Shown here piece after piece: positions 1 through 13,789 of a stretch of 64,000 bases of DNA. How positions within the stretch are numbered: the stretch's first letter is position 1; each line of letters starts with the position of its first letter. Made by a program: the position numbers and the translations under genes. Origin of the DNA: the human T2T-CHM13v2.0 reference genome, Homo sapiens. Under the pieces are notes generated by a model. The model saw only the letters and a list, made by a program, of their open reading frames with translations, had not been told where the DNA came from and did no database searches. The stretch lies in NCBI RefSeq assembly GCF_009914755.1, contig NC_060934.1. One strand, given 5' to 3'.

Positions 1-1420
1 TTCCACCTGTTCATTTTTGTTTTTGTAGCCTGAGCTTTTGATGTGATATTGAAAAAATCATTGCCAATGCCAGTGTTGAAGAGTTTGTCATTGACCTATG
101 TTTTTAAAGGATTTTTATGGTTTCAGCTCTTGCATTTAGGTATTTTATCCAACTTTTTTCTGTTTTCTCTAGATTGCTTTGGCTAGTCAGGGTCATTTGT
201 GGTTTCACAGAAATTTTAGATATTGTATTTTTTTATTTTTGTAAAAAAACCATTGGAAATTTGATAAAGATTGTGTTGAATCTGTTTATTGGGTAGTAAG
301 AACATTTTAACAAGCTTAATTTTTCTAATTCATGTTCTTTGGAGGTATAAGACTGTTTCCTCTGGCCAATGATAATTTTCTTTTTTTAAAAAAAATCTTT
401 GGTTTTAAGAAGTTTGACTATAACATAGTTTTCTTTGCATGTGTCTCTCTGGTTCTTGCTTCATTGAGGTTTTGAATCTGCGTGTTATTGGCTTTCATCA
501 GTTCTATATAATTCTCAGCCATTGTATTTTCAAATATTGTTTCTGCCCCATTATTTCTCTCCTATCTCTTGGGACTCTCATTACATGCATGTTAGACCAT
601 TTGACATGTGGCAGTATTCCACATGTCTCCAATGCTCTGTTCTCTTTTGATTTTTGTTTTGTTTTGTTTTCCCTCTAAAATTTTTAGTTGACATTTCCAC
701 GAGTTCCTCAATTTTCTTCTCTGTATGGTCTGTCTTTAAGGCATCCAGTACATTCTAATTTCAAATACCTTATTTTCAGCTCTAGAATATCTATTTGATT
801 TGTGTCTTTTCATAGATTAAATATTTCTCGGCCTTTTCACTCTTTTGTTGACTTTTAAAATTTTCTTTAACGCATTAATTATAGTTATCTAGAAGTCTTT
901 GCATGTGAACTCCAATATCTGGACAATCTGTGGATCTGTATATATGTTTTTCTTTTCTGAATTCTAGTTTTTCTTTTCTGAATTGTTGGTTACTTTATTC
1001 TGCCTCTTCATAATTTTTGAGTGTATTCCAGGCATCATAAATAAAAGAACCATAGAAGCTGAAGCTGACGTTAATTTCCTCTGGGAAAAATGATCTTTTT
1101 GTTCTTTTTATTTAGTTATTTATTTTCTTCAGGTTGAGCGGCTCATCAGTCAGGAATTGAGCTGAGTTGTTGTTGCAGTAAGACTAACTCCATTCTGCCT
1201 CTTTTCCTTGGGCGTGGTCCTCTTGGGCTATTGTTCTGGAGGCTGACAGGTGTCCATCACCTCAGCTCTGGTGCAATGTAGGGCATTCCCTCTGTCTTCT
1301 GAGGTTTGATCTTGGGTCTTTAGTGAGTAGGATACTGGCTCTGTGTTTTAGCCAGTTCCTCTTTTTCTAGTGGAAATTCGTCTGTCAGTGCTCTGTAACT
1401 GCAGGCTATTTCAGTCTGCC
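1..1420 (-). mobile_element. Old L1 (L1M/L1ME-type) fragments, ORF2 then ORF1/5' region
   Basis: T-rich plus strand with L1 antisense signatures (e.g. gattgctttggctagtcagggtcatttgtggtttc, tttggttttaagaagtttgactataac, gggactctcattacatgcatgttagaccatttg). Boundaries approximate. Confidence 0.75.
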
Positions 1421-2045
1421 TGGCAAAGGCTTCTGACCCTGGGCTAATATATCAGAAACATTTTCCTTTTAACAAATTTGTGCAAATAAGTTACACCTCT
1501 CTAACATTATTTTTAAAACTGCATGGATTTTAACTAATCTCCTATAGTTGGATCTTTAGGTGGTCTCCTAAACACATTTTAGCCAATCTTACATCCTTGG
1601 GATAACTCCTTAGAGATGCAATAACAAAATTAATACTTTGACATGCTTTTCTCAGACAGTGTTGGGTTAGCTGGCACCATCCTTCTGGAGCCCTTTGCCT
1701 GAATTTACCAGGCAAGGCTTGGGTATTTTTCTTTATAACAAGTTTGCTTCCCTGTCTTGCAAAACCTGTAATGGTTGACACCACTTATGACTGTGAACAA
1801 TGCCTACGTGGGTAAATATTGTGAATGTACTCACTGGTGTTCAACAGTCCTTCCATTTCCACAGAAATTGCTATGGGCACCACACCACAGAGTGGAAGGT
1901 GCATTTCTGTTTCCTGTGGGTTGGCTGGCTGCTTCCATTGCCCACCAAACAATGCTTGAGATAACCTTAAACATTCTTCTTTCTTATGCTTGCTCTCGCC
2001 TCCCCACTTTCACTGACAGATAAGACTTAGAGCGCTGATCATTGA

Positions 2046-2118
2046 GAGACAGAGAGGGAGAGAGAGAGAAAGGTCGAGGGAGAGAGAGAGAAAGTTCAAG
2101 GTAGAGAGTGAGAAAAAG
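2046..2118. repeat. GA-rich simple repeat
   Basis: Imperfect (GA)n tract read directly. Confidence 0.8.
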
Positions 2119-2126
2119 ACTCTAAA

Positions 2127-2385
2127 GCAGTTTGTCTTCAAACCCAGGTGACTGTTGAACTCCCTGGATACCTTGTTTCAAATAAAGATTTCCTGAGTGT
2201 GTTCACCTGGAAAATGGGATGGGCAAAGGACTTAGAATCATGCTAGTGGTTGGCATATAGGACATGATCAAGCAGTGCTGGCTGTTGTCCTTGTCATCGC
2301 CACCACCTCTACTATGGAATCAGAATCTTCAGGGACGGGGCTAGGAATCGATGCTTTGAATTTAAGCCTCAAGCAGTTCTCACAA
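2127..2385. mobile_element. MER5-like hAT-Charlie DNA transposon remnant (split)
   Basis: gaatcagaatcttcagggacggggctaggaatc resembles the MER5 core. Confidence 0.45.
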
Positions 2386-2832
2386 TGTCACTGGTCCTTA
2401 ATCAGTATTTGGTAATAAGCACTGGCCTTGAAGGGGACTGAATCCCCTCTTCCTCTGGTATTGGTTGATGCCTGTCTTTGGTTTATCAGACAACCTGAAA
2501 GATGGGATGTTTTTGGTATTGTGGCTTTGCTTCCTGGAGGAGCTCCCTGAAACATTTCCATGCTGTGTCCTCCCCATTGCTCTAGGACTGAGATGGGAAT
2601 GGCCATTCGGAACATCCCGGCATCATTTGGAAATGCTGTGAGTGACATACCTGCTCTTGAGCCTCGTGTAAAAGGGCTGCACGGAAAGGGTGGAATCTTG
2701 AGTGTGTTTTTCCCTCATCTATATTTCAGGGCTTCTGTAGCACTGCTGTTTAAATTTCATAACAAATTTCTTAATAAAAACAACAGGCATGCAATAAACT
2801 GTTCTCAGTGTTCAAGGCTGAGGAGGTATTAA

Positions 2833-3216
<384 letters not shown>

Positions 3217-4388
3217 TCCTCTGTTTGTTGATACAGCCCTCTCCCTCTCACCCCTCACCCGCTTATGCTTGTAAATCTCAACTGGATTTGTGCCTTTGAT
3301 TGTGAGCTGTTTCAAATGTTTTATGGGATTGGTGGTAGTGTAAGTAATAAATTCATTAAAAATTCAAGACCTCTAACTGCAGCTGGGCCAGGGGAGCTGC
3401 CTAATAATGTCATTACAATTCTCTGGCCAGTTTATTCTCTTCTCCTGCAATGGCTGTTTCAAATCTGTCCCATTCTCCTGAAATCTCTGGCCTGTCCAGC
3501 TTCCACACTCACTCTGAGCTCAACTATCACCCCCCCAACTTATGACAGGAAAGAGAACTTGCCTTCTGGAACCTCTTCTTTTTTCTACACCTCTGTGCAC
3601 CACTCATATCCCTTCTCCTTCCTTCTGTCACAGCACGGGAGGAGCCTGGCCCTGGGAGGCTGGTCTGGATTCATTCCACCTGCTTCGGCTCTCTTTTCTC
3701 TATGCCACACCTTGGCCTTCTCTCTTTCTTCATGATATTCCATCGAAATGGAAGATGCTCCCTGGCTCCACTTCTACCCAATTTCATGCTTCCTCATCAT
3801 TGTCAACTTTCTTGGAAGGGTTTCTGTGCTGCTTTCTTTATCTCTCCACTTCCATGAGCCCCTCGGCCCAGTTCCATCTGCCCCCTGCTCTGCCAGGGTC
3901 CCTGGTGACCATCACGTCTCCATTTGAGGGCTGTTTGAATCTTTGCCCTGAACAGAGGCTACACAGCACAGTGACGAAGAAATCACAGTGAGTCTGGACC
4001 TGGACCCCTTTGGCTCAGATTCTGGGACTGGCAGGTGCAAGGTGGATGATGTTGGGCCAGCCAGCCTCTGCAAGCTTTGCTCTCCTGATCTGCAGTGTGG
4101 CAACCTAAGTCATTCTTATCCCAGGGCTGCCATGAGCAAAAAACGAGATAGACACCTCAGGCAGCTGGTTCGCTCATGGGCACGTGGTCGTCCCGCAAGG
4201 TCTGTGCTAAAGCTGCTGTTCTCGCCTTTGCTGCGGTGGTCATTGTCACCGGGCCTCTGAGTGGCATTTGACCTTGCTTGCCGCTGTGCCCTGCCGACAT
4301 GTTCTCTTGGATCTCTCCCTTTGGCTTTGGCTGCAAGGGGGCTCTTGTGCTCTGCACGCCCTCCAGTGCTCCTCGTCTGCACCTTCAG

Positions 4389-4456
4389 CTGCTCCGTGAA
4401 CGGCCGTGCGCTTTCATCTGTGCTCACATGTTGCTGACCCACCATACCCCCTGTAG
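4389..4456 (+). other. Candidate 68-nt exon (no coding evidence)
   Basis: Acceptor ctcctcgtctgcaccttcag| and donor TAG|gtgagc. Motif evidence only. Confidence 0.2.
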
Positions 4457-7400
4457 GTGAGCAGTGCTCTCTGGGTCTTCGTGACAGCGTTGTCTGCCCT
4501 GCAGAGGGGCTGTGACTCTGGGGGTGCCTGAGCCAGTCTGTCCCATTGGAGGTTGCTCAGCACAACCACAGTGCGATGGCCCCGGGCTTTGCCAGCCCTT
4601 CTGGGACTCAGTGGTCCCTCTGCTCTGCTTCCGCTGAGATAGTCATGTCTTCCAGAAGTGACACGTGCCAGTGAATTCTGTGTGCAAGGCTGGCTCTAGA
4701 ATCCTCAAGGCTTGGCTCCCTGGGGGCCAGGGGTGTTGGGATCCTCGGCTGCCATGCCCTGGGCTCCTTCCACCCAGGGGCTGTGTCACGGTGAGACTGG
4801 GTGGCTGCAATGCATCCACTGCAAATATCAGAGTCTGGTGTGTGGGAATCCATGTACATGCACAAAAGGTGCAGGGCCTTGCTCCCTGAGGGCAACTTGG
4901 CCCCTTCCAGGGGGAAAGGCAGGCAGCCCTGCCAGCCCGGGCAGCCCCGAAAGCTGTGCTCACCTGAAATGACCTGCAGAATGCCCCAGTATTAGTAACA
5001 CTCACCCTTGGGTCCAAATCCATGCTGGATTTGTCCAGCAGTGGTGGCAGGGCAGCGTCAAACCCCACACTGAGGCCCCGTTTTCTTCCTGTGATTCTAT
5101 CAGGTACCACAGTGGCTGCTGTGAAGTCACTTCCTGAGTGACTTTCTATAGCTGAAGGGGCCCTGTGGGGAGGGTGGTGCTTTATGCTCAGAGCCCTGGG
5201 GCTGCTCTGTCTGCCTGGGAGGGGGGGTTCCTCAGCCACAGGGCAAGGCGGTGGCTCCAGAGCTGACCCCGCTCTGCCCCAGACACTTGCAGACCCTGTC
5301 CAACTGAAGAGCTGCTGCCACCCCTACCGGATGCTGACTGACGGAGCTCACCCGTGCAATCGATGAGTCTGGTCTCTCCGCTCTCGGTTCTGGAGCCTGA
5401 GCCTTGTTCTTCTTTACGTTATATTCAGGGAGCCCTTGGTTGGCTGAGAGTGGGGAAATCGGGTGGATGAAGCCACAATGAGTGGATACTTGCTGTGAAG
5501 GGTGCTGCTAGTCACACCTCTGCTGGTCATCCCCCAGGCCATCTCAGGTACCGGCCACACTGCCACGTGTGGTTCTAGGAGAGCTCAGACCTGCCTGATT
5601 CTGGCCGTGATGCGGCCAGAGTGTGTGCTGGGTATCCACTGGGCTCCGTTCTGCTCCTGGGGCCTTCTGGATGCTGTGGGAGGCCAAGCATACCCTGGGG
5701 TTGTGGGGAGGTCCCAGTGGGGAAAATGGGTAAATGCTGGGGCCACTGTGCTGCAGATGGGTAGTTCTGGGAGGTTCTGGGGAGCTCTCCCTGCTGCTGG
5801 TGGCAGGGACCTTGAGTGTGACCTCCGGGCTTGTTTACCTTCCCTGTCCACACTTCCCTGTGCCCACTCCTGCTTCCTGGGAGCAGCTCCTGAGGGCCTG
5901 TCTCTGTCTCTGCTTTTCCCAACTGCGATAATGACCCACGTGAATACCTGAAATGGAATGTGGCTGTTTCAGAAACTAGTGGAATTTGGGGGAATTTTCT
6001 GAAGGGCATGGGGGCTCCAAGTTCAAAAGTAGGTGGGATGTCCTTAGTAGCTGGGGAATTCTTACAAGTCGAGCAGGGTCCTGTCTGAGAGGTTTGGCCT
6101 CAAGGTTCTGCTGCACAGTAGCATCTGAGAAAGGGGCTCTGGGACATCCCTCTGTGGGTCCACCCAGAGCCAAGACACATGTGGTTTCCTCCACTTTCTG
6201 GAGAGAGGCCCCTGGGCTGGCTCCCTGTGGCAAGAGAGCCCCCAACGCCTCTCCCACCTGTCACTGGACCTCCCAGATGGCCGTCTCCCTCTTGAGGTCC
6301 CTAGGTTCCCACTGCACAGACCTCGAGTGAAAAGTGGATGTGTGTCCCAGGATTCAAGTCCGTGAATAATACATCAGAGAAGACAGCCCTTAGGAAGTCA
6401 CCTTTGCCTTCCCTCTGACTGTGGCCCCATCGTGAGCCCCGCATCACCAGCCTGATGTCTGAGGGGGTCCTTGCAGGATGATAACAGCTGCGATTCTAGA
6501 GGTGCCTGGGGTTTGTGGTGCTTTTTGTTTTCACTCCTATATAAAGCCCTGATTGCTGAATAATGGAGCATTGTGGGCTTCAGTGCATACCTTCATATGC
6601 ACATCGCCATGGGGCTCCTGAGTGCCAAGTTGATATTTTTGTGCAGTGGCAAGTGAACAAAGCAATGTTAAATTCTAAGATGTTTGCAAAAAAAATGCCA
6701 TAGGGTTTGTTATGCTGTCGTTGCCTTAACATTTTTGTTGCCTGAGTGCGCCTAAAGAAAATATAATGTGTTGGCAGGGTCGGGGGAAGATAAAGACAGT
6801 TCATACCGTGTGCAACCAAAGCAGACCAAGCCCGCCCGACTGTGCCTGTCTGCCATGGCGGCTGCTCTGTGTTGACCTCCTGGGTTGGGGTTGTCCATCA
6901 AGGGCTGTCCTTTTGGGAGCTTCTTAGAGAGCAAGATGAACAATTAGCAGACAGGATTTGAGATTGACTTTGTCTCTCTTACCTCTGGAAGGGCTCCTTG
7001 CACTCAATGCTGAATTGGCCAGTGTGGGCAAGAGACAGTCCTGGAGGGCGCATGCTTCTCCATGAGAATGGGATGGGTTTTAGAGACCCTCTTCTTGGGA
7101 AATACACATTCCTATATACATAGCATGCTGAGAATGATTGCAGGGTGGGGGATCATGCCCCCAATGAACCTCCCCATGAGTCCCAGATGAAACAAACCCC
7201 CAATCTGTGGGAAAGGAGCCTACTGGCTGGACTGTTTTGGGAAAGCAGGGCAGTAGAACCAAGGCCTTGTATAAGCCCACAGATAATTGAAGTCAGTGCA
7301 GATTGCGGGCCCCATTGAAAATATTAGCTGATGAGAGAGAGAGCGGGCAGATTCACTGCAGCTTCAAGAAATAGATTGGCAGAGTGTGGGATTAGTGTGT

Positions 7401-7894
7401 GCTTTCTGGTTAAACTGCTTTTTATAAATTTCCTATACAAATAAAATCAGGGCCATTCTATACCATTAAGAGCTGCAATGAAAAGAAAAAGCAAGATAAC
7501 ACCAGCCATCTCCTATTTTTTAAAGGAGACAGAGGCATCTAACTGAGGTCTTTATGAGGTAGCGTGCCCTCCCTTAGAGCAGCACCTGCACCATCAAGAG
7601 GGAAGATGACATGGAGGATGGTCAAGGCTGAACCATAACAGATGGCCAAGGGCCATAAGGAATGGCCTCAGGTTAGGACCAGAACCCAGCTGTCCTCGCT
7701 GGGGGAGGGCAGTACTGACCCCCAAGGTGGCAACATTCAGGATAGGGAGAACCATCCAGACAGGTGCTGGATGATCCTGGCAGAAGCCACAGACCTGCCC
7801 AGGTTTGTAAACGAGAACTGGTGCAGCCAGCTGCTGAGAAGACGACTGCTCTCACAGGCCAGTTGCTCCCTGTGTGATATAAAAAGAGGTATGC

Positions 7895-8272
7895 CCGTCG
7901 AATACTCTGCAGCCATCAAAAGGAATGAGATCATGTCCTTTGCAGGGACATGGATGGAGCTGGAAGCCATTATCCTCAGCAAACTAATGCAGGAACAGAA
8001 AACCAAACACTGCATGTTCTCACTCATAAGTGGAAGCTGAACAATGAGAACACATGGACACAGGGAGGGGAACAACACACATGGGGCCTGTCGGTGGTGG
8101 GGTAGGGGGAAGGAGAGCATCAGGATAAACAGCTAATGCATGCTGGGCTTAATACCTAGGTGAGGGGTTGATAGGTACAGCAAATCACCATGGCACATGT
8201 TTATCTATGTAGTAAACCTGCACGTCCTGCACATGTATACTGGAACTTAAAATAAAATAAAAAGAAAAAAAG
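7895..8272 (+). mobile_element. L1PA (older primate, about PA13-16) 3' end
   Basis: ORF2 C-terminus EYSAAIKRNEIMSFAGTWMELEAIILSKLMQEQKTKHCMFSLISGS, then L1PA 3'UTR and A-rich tail. Confidence 0.95.
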
Positions 8273-8564
8273 ACAAATAAGCAGGTAGGACAATATAAAG
8301 TGGTTAATGAAAAAGAGATGTGCAACTTGGGGGAAAAACAGAGTTTCATGCATGCCAGTTAATCTCTGTTTTTTATAAAAGAGCCTCAGTTTTGCAGCTC
8401 TATGATTGGTACAAGTAAATTGAGTTTGTTTTTCTTTTAATAGTGATCAGAGTAAAGGGCCTTGAAAATAATTTTCTTTATGGAAAAGTTCCCTTCTAAG
8501 AGACAAATTAAAAATATCCCATGAAACATCCAATCTTGTTTTTTCTTATTTTGAAAACAGTGTG

Positions 8565-8863
8565 TTTTTGTTTTGTTTTGTTTTGTTTTGTTTTGTTTTT
8601 GACAGAGTCTCACATCGTTGCCTGGCCTGGAGTGCAGTGGTGCGATCTTGGCTCACTGCAGCCTCTGCCTCCCGGGTCCAAGCGATTCTCCTGCCTCCAC
8701 TTCCTGAGTAGCTGGGATAACGGGCGCACGTCACCTTGCCTGGCTAATTTTTTGTATTTTTAGTAGAGACGGGGTTTCACTATGTTGGCCAGGCTGGTCT
8801 CGAACTCCTGACCTCGTGATCTGCCCGCTTCAGCCTCCCAAAGTGCTGGGATTACAGGCGTGA
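8565..8863 (-). mobile_element. AluS (Sc/Sg-like), missing about 15 nt at its 5' end, (GTTTT)n tail
   Basis: Antisense Alu body with the ctgacctcgtgatc diagnostic. Confidence 0.96.
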
Positions 8864-9414
8864 TTTGTTTGAAAGGTAAATACGAACATGTAGCTTGTTC
8901 AAGCAGAATTTTTGAATGTCATCTAATTATAAGAGCTGTTAACAATGTATATTTTATAATTCCTAAGATAATGCACAGTTCCCTAAGATACTGAATTAAA
9001 ATGGTCCTGAGAAAATTTGAAGAGTGTTATCCCACTTGCATGTTTCCAGAATAATGTTATCTGGAAAAGTCATCCTTGCTTGACTGGAGCCACATGAAGT
9101 AAAGAGGGCTGGCTCTGCTCCCAGCCCAGGAAACTGTCCCAAGTTTCTGGCACACCCAGGAATCCGGGGAAGGGGTCTCTGGGTCACTGCCTCGCCTCCC
9201 TCCTTTGTTCTCTGAACAACTTGGTTTGCAGTTACTCATGACTTCTGTGGTTTCTGAGCGGAGAAAAAAGGCTGACCAGCTCTCATTCCTTTTGTATAAT
9301 TTAAAAAAATTAAAGATTGTTGCACTTAAAAGTAGAAAACATTTAAAAATGCAGAGAAATATCATAAAAAGAGGTATGAATTTTAATCTGAAAAAGGGGA
9401 GTTAAGGAAAAGAG

Positions 9415-9953
9415 GCCAGATGCACAGATGAATGGATAAATAAAATGTGGTCTATCCATACGATGGACTATTATTCAGCCTTAAAAAGGAAGGAAATCCC
9501 ACTGTTTGCAACAATGTGGATGAACCAGGACCTGATGCTAGGTGAAATAAGCCAGGCACAGAAGGACAGGTACGACAGGACCCCACTAATGTGAGGGACC
9601 TAAAACAGTCACACTCAGAGAATCAGAGGGTGGAAGTCAGGAGTCAGTGTGTACCAAGGGTCAGGTAGCAAGATGAGTAAGTCCTGGAGCCCGACCGTGC
9701 AGCACAGTGCCTACTGCTAGCAGTGCTGTGTTGTACACATAAACATTTGCTCCTAGGTGAGATCTGATGTGAAATTATCATCTACAATAATAAATAAAAA
9801 GGAGCCTCTGGAGGTGATGGATATGCTTACAGCATAGACTGGGAGGATGGTTTCACAGGTGTGTACCTACCTCTGAACCCATCAAGTTGTACACATTAAA
9901 TATGCACAGCTTTTTGTATGTCAATCAGACCTCACTAAAGTGGTTAAAAAATT
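9415..9953 (+). mobile_element. L1MB-type 3' end
   Basis: gatgaatggataaataaaatgtgg...ggaggtgatggatatg...gtatgtcaatcagacctcactaaagtggttaaaaa. Possible TSD gaaaagag at 9407-9414 and 9954-9961. Confidence 0.9.
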
Positions 9954-10206
9954 GAAAAGAGACTCATGAGAAGTTACAAGTCTCTGAGCTCTGGGAGAGA
10001 GGGGAGTTTCCTGCCTCTTGGTGCGGCCCAGCAGCTGGACAGGCAGGGTCAGGTGGAGGAGCAGGCGAAGGCTCCCTCAGAGTTGGGGGAGCCAAGCCCA
10101 GGGGCCCTTGCTGGTGCTTGTCCCCGCATCCCCAAAGTAAAGGGGCGTGAAACTCCCACCCTGACACAATCCAGACCTAACCAAGCCCAGGGAAGTCAGA
10201 GGGGTG

Positions 10207-11027
10207 GAGGCAGGAGGTGAAAAGGGAAGGGTAGAGGCAGGAGAAGGTGAAGAGGGAGGGTTAGAGGCAGGAGAAGGTGAAGAGGGAGGGGTGTTCCCCA
10301 AGGTGAAGAGTGAGGGGTGTTCCCCAAGGTGAAGGGGGAGGGGTGTCATCCAAGGTGAAGAGCGAGAGGTGTTCCCCAAGGTGAAGAGGGAGACGTATTC
10401 TCCAAGATGAAGAGGGAGGGGTGTCATCCAAGGTGAAGAGGGAAAGGTGTTTTCCAAGGTGAAGAGTGAGGGGTGTTCCCTAAGGTGAAGAGGGAGGGGG
10501 GTTCCCCAAGGTGAAGAGGGAGGGGTGTCATCCAAGGTGAAGAGTGAGGGGTGTCATCCAAGGTGAAGAGGGAGGGGTGTTCCCCAAGTGAAGAGGGAGA
10601 GGTGTCATCCAAGGTGAAGAGCGAGAGGTGTTCTCCAAGGTGAAGAGGGAGACGTATTCTCCAAGATGAAGAGGGAGGGGTGTCATCCAAGGTGAAGAGG
10701 GAAGGGTGTTCTCCAAGGTGAAGAGTGAGGGGTGTTCCCTAAGGTGAAGAGGGAGGGGGGTTCCCCAAGGTGAAGAGGGAGGGGTGTCATCCAAGGTGAA
10801 GAGGGAGGGGTGTCAACCAAGGTGAAGAGGGAGGGGTGTCATCCAAGGTGAAGAGGGAGGGGTGTTCCCCAAGGTGAAGAGCGAGGGGTGTTCCCCAAGG
10901 TGAAGAGGAGGGGTGTCATCCAAGGTGAAGAGGGAGGGGTGTCATCCAAGGTGAGGAGGGAGGGATGTTCCCCAAGGTGAAGAGGGAGGAGTGTCATCCA
11001 AGGTGAAGAGTGAGGGGTGTTCTCCAA
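10207..11027. repeat. Minisatellite: 29 copies of a 26-bp unit, preceded by 2-3 related units of about 30 bp
   Basis: Unit aaggtgaagagggaggggtgt(tccc/catc)c parsed from 10274 to 11025. Confidence 0.97.
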
Positions 11028-11676
11028 CTCTCACGAGAGGGAGGTGTGGGCTCTGAGGGGAACTGCTCTGTGGGGAGCTCACTTCCAAAGTAGAGTCTTC
11101 TGACCCCTTCCCGAGGCAGCCAGAGCCTTCCACACTCCCAGTCCTCTCCTGCCTAAATGCATTTTAGGTGTGAACGTGCTCAGCAGGTGGTCACTGCCCC
11201 AGGAACATCTCATCATCTAGCATTTATCTGACACACAGAATGGGGCCGGTCAGTGTTGCCAGCCCCAAGTGACAGCTTGTAGGAAGCAGCTACATCCTGG
11301 GGGAGCCACAAAGACCAGCAGCAGCAGCACGTGGGAAGTCAGGACACCCCAGCTCCCTGGCCCCATCTAGATCCAAGAGGAAATCTCAGCGCCTGGGGGG
11401 CTGGGTTGGATTTTGGCAGGACTGCACCCATAATTGGTATTTTATTGCCTTCTATCTACCAATTTACCCAGATAAATTTTATTTCTGTTATGCAAAATTA
11501 GGGATATGGATTGGTATATTTCATTCCATTCAATTATTTGGATGTTTTATGCAGTAATTTTCCAAGACTGTAACGTTACAAAGTTCCTATGTCAGCTTCT
11601 GTGAGAAACAACAAACTATACCTCTAACTTGGTTGGTGGCCGAAGTTATATGGATATAATCTAAACAAAAATTAAA

Positions 11677-12076
<400 letters not shown>

Positions 12077-13789
12077 CTAATCTTAATTTTTTTTTGGTGA
12101 AGTTTTAAAAATTGCGACAGATTCATGACCATTACCCTGGTGTATTTTCTGACAGTGCTATTATTTTGCGATGATGGACTGGTAAAGTATTTGTATTTAT
12201 CCAACAGCTAAAAGAAACTGGAATGCACGCCAACCCACACGAGATAACAGACAAGCAATGATATCACGGCTCATGAGAATGAAGAGTTCAAGGGCACTGA
12301 GTCTGTAGTTTTCCTTTCTTTACCATAGCTTCAGAAGTTTTTCTCAATACCCTGTGCCCTGAAGAGGATGGAATTTCATTTTCTTTCAGTTGAAGCTTGA
12401 GAGGTGATGACGGGAGGTTGTCTAGACTTTATACTTTGAAGTCCACTCCGGGATGCTTGACCTACGGGTCAGAGACAAGAAAGCGAAGTCTTGCACAGTT
12501 TTTGGCATTACAGTAGTTTAAGCCCTTCTTGATGTGAGGCTCTGTAACAGTGTGTCCAAGGCAATGGACAAAGACCAGGAAGTCTAATCAGAAGGAGGAA
12601 CGAGCATGCTCTCCGATGTGCTTGGTAAACACAGAGATAAGTGGAAAATATCAACATGAACCTGTAGCCTTTTAAAAAGGGAAGCTTGTTCTGCTCTGAT
12701 GTGATCCAGTCTACTGTGCCCTCCTGGGGCTCAGATGTGGGCTTCTCGTGCCGTTCTCTGCTAAAAGGAACCAGGGCTACTTCGAGAGTTATTGACTCCC
12801 ACATTTGGAGGAAGAGAACTGAAGACAGGCCTAGAACATCTATTCTGAGAAAACAAGGATGCATTCAAATGTGGGGAGGTGGTGACGGTGGAGTCAGATT
12901 TGAGGGGACATCACCAGGTCACATGTGGCAATTTCAACTTCAGAAACAAAACCATGACAGGCCCTGGTGATTACAGCTGAATCTGTAAATATCTGTAGGT
13001 CCAAGGTGATATTCAAAAGGAGTGAAAAATATAATACATACTAGAAAAAGAATAGAGAAACTTAATGGGAGCCACTGATCAGTTTCAAATTATAGAAACT
13101 ATACATATATAACCCACAGTTTCTTGACAAATGCCCACTCATCAGATCCTGGGGGATGCAATGAAGGTCTTGGTACCAGCTCAACAGCAAAGCTTGCCAG
13201 CTAAGAGAGGCTTAAGTGAGGCACGGGACCCATGGGGAAGGGGGCTTTCTGGGATGCCAGGAAGTTGGAGGTGCTATTTAAAGACGCCCCAGCCCTGACT
13301 CTGCTCCCTGGAGTTAGAGGAGTGATGCAGGCCTGATGAGTTTTGAGAACCGTGACATTGTTTGAGATCTGCAAGAATTTCCATTAAGGGCAAGATGATT
13401 TGCATAAGTCCTTCATAATTAGCGGTACAGACCTCCCAGCATCAAGGAAGCTTGATACAAGAAGAGTTAGGTTCTTCGGTCTATTAAGACCCTAATTTAC
13501 TAATTTGTGGTGATATCAACAGCATCTGTGTGCCCCTCCCCTAGCCCCCATTAGGGATTTCAGAAACTAAGGAAGCTTGTGCATCTGTTTGTGCACTGGG
13601 TGGCTTGATCACCTTAGCATTTCTGTGTCAGGAGCCCCATCTAAATTGAATGCCCATGCATGTGTGTGTGTGTGCGTGTGTGGTCCCCTCTCACCAATGC
13701 AAAGCCCACCTCCAACATCACAAGATGTAGCTACCTTTGAGTGTGGAGACCCTGTTGAAGTGGACACAGGTGGAAGGCTCCAGTGATGG

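Noticed and set aside
10077-11133. Repetitive ORFs (MTPLPLHLGEHPSLFTL...)
   Set aside because: These are translations of the 26-bp minisatellite.
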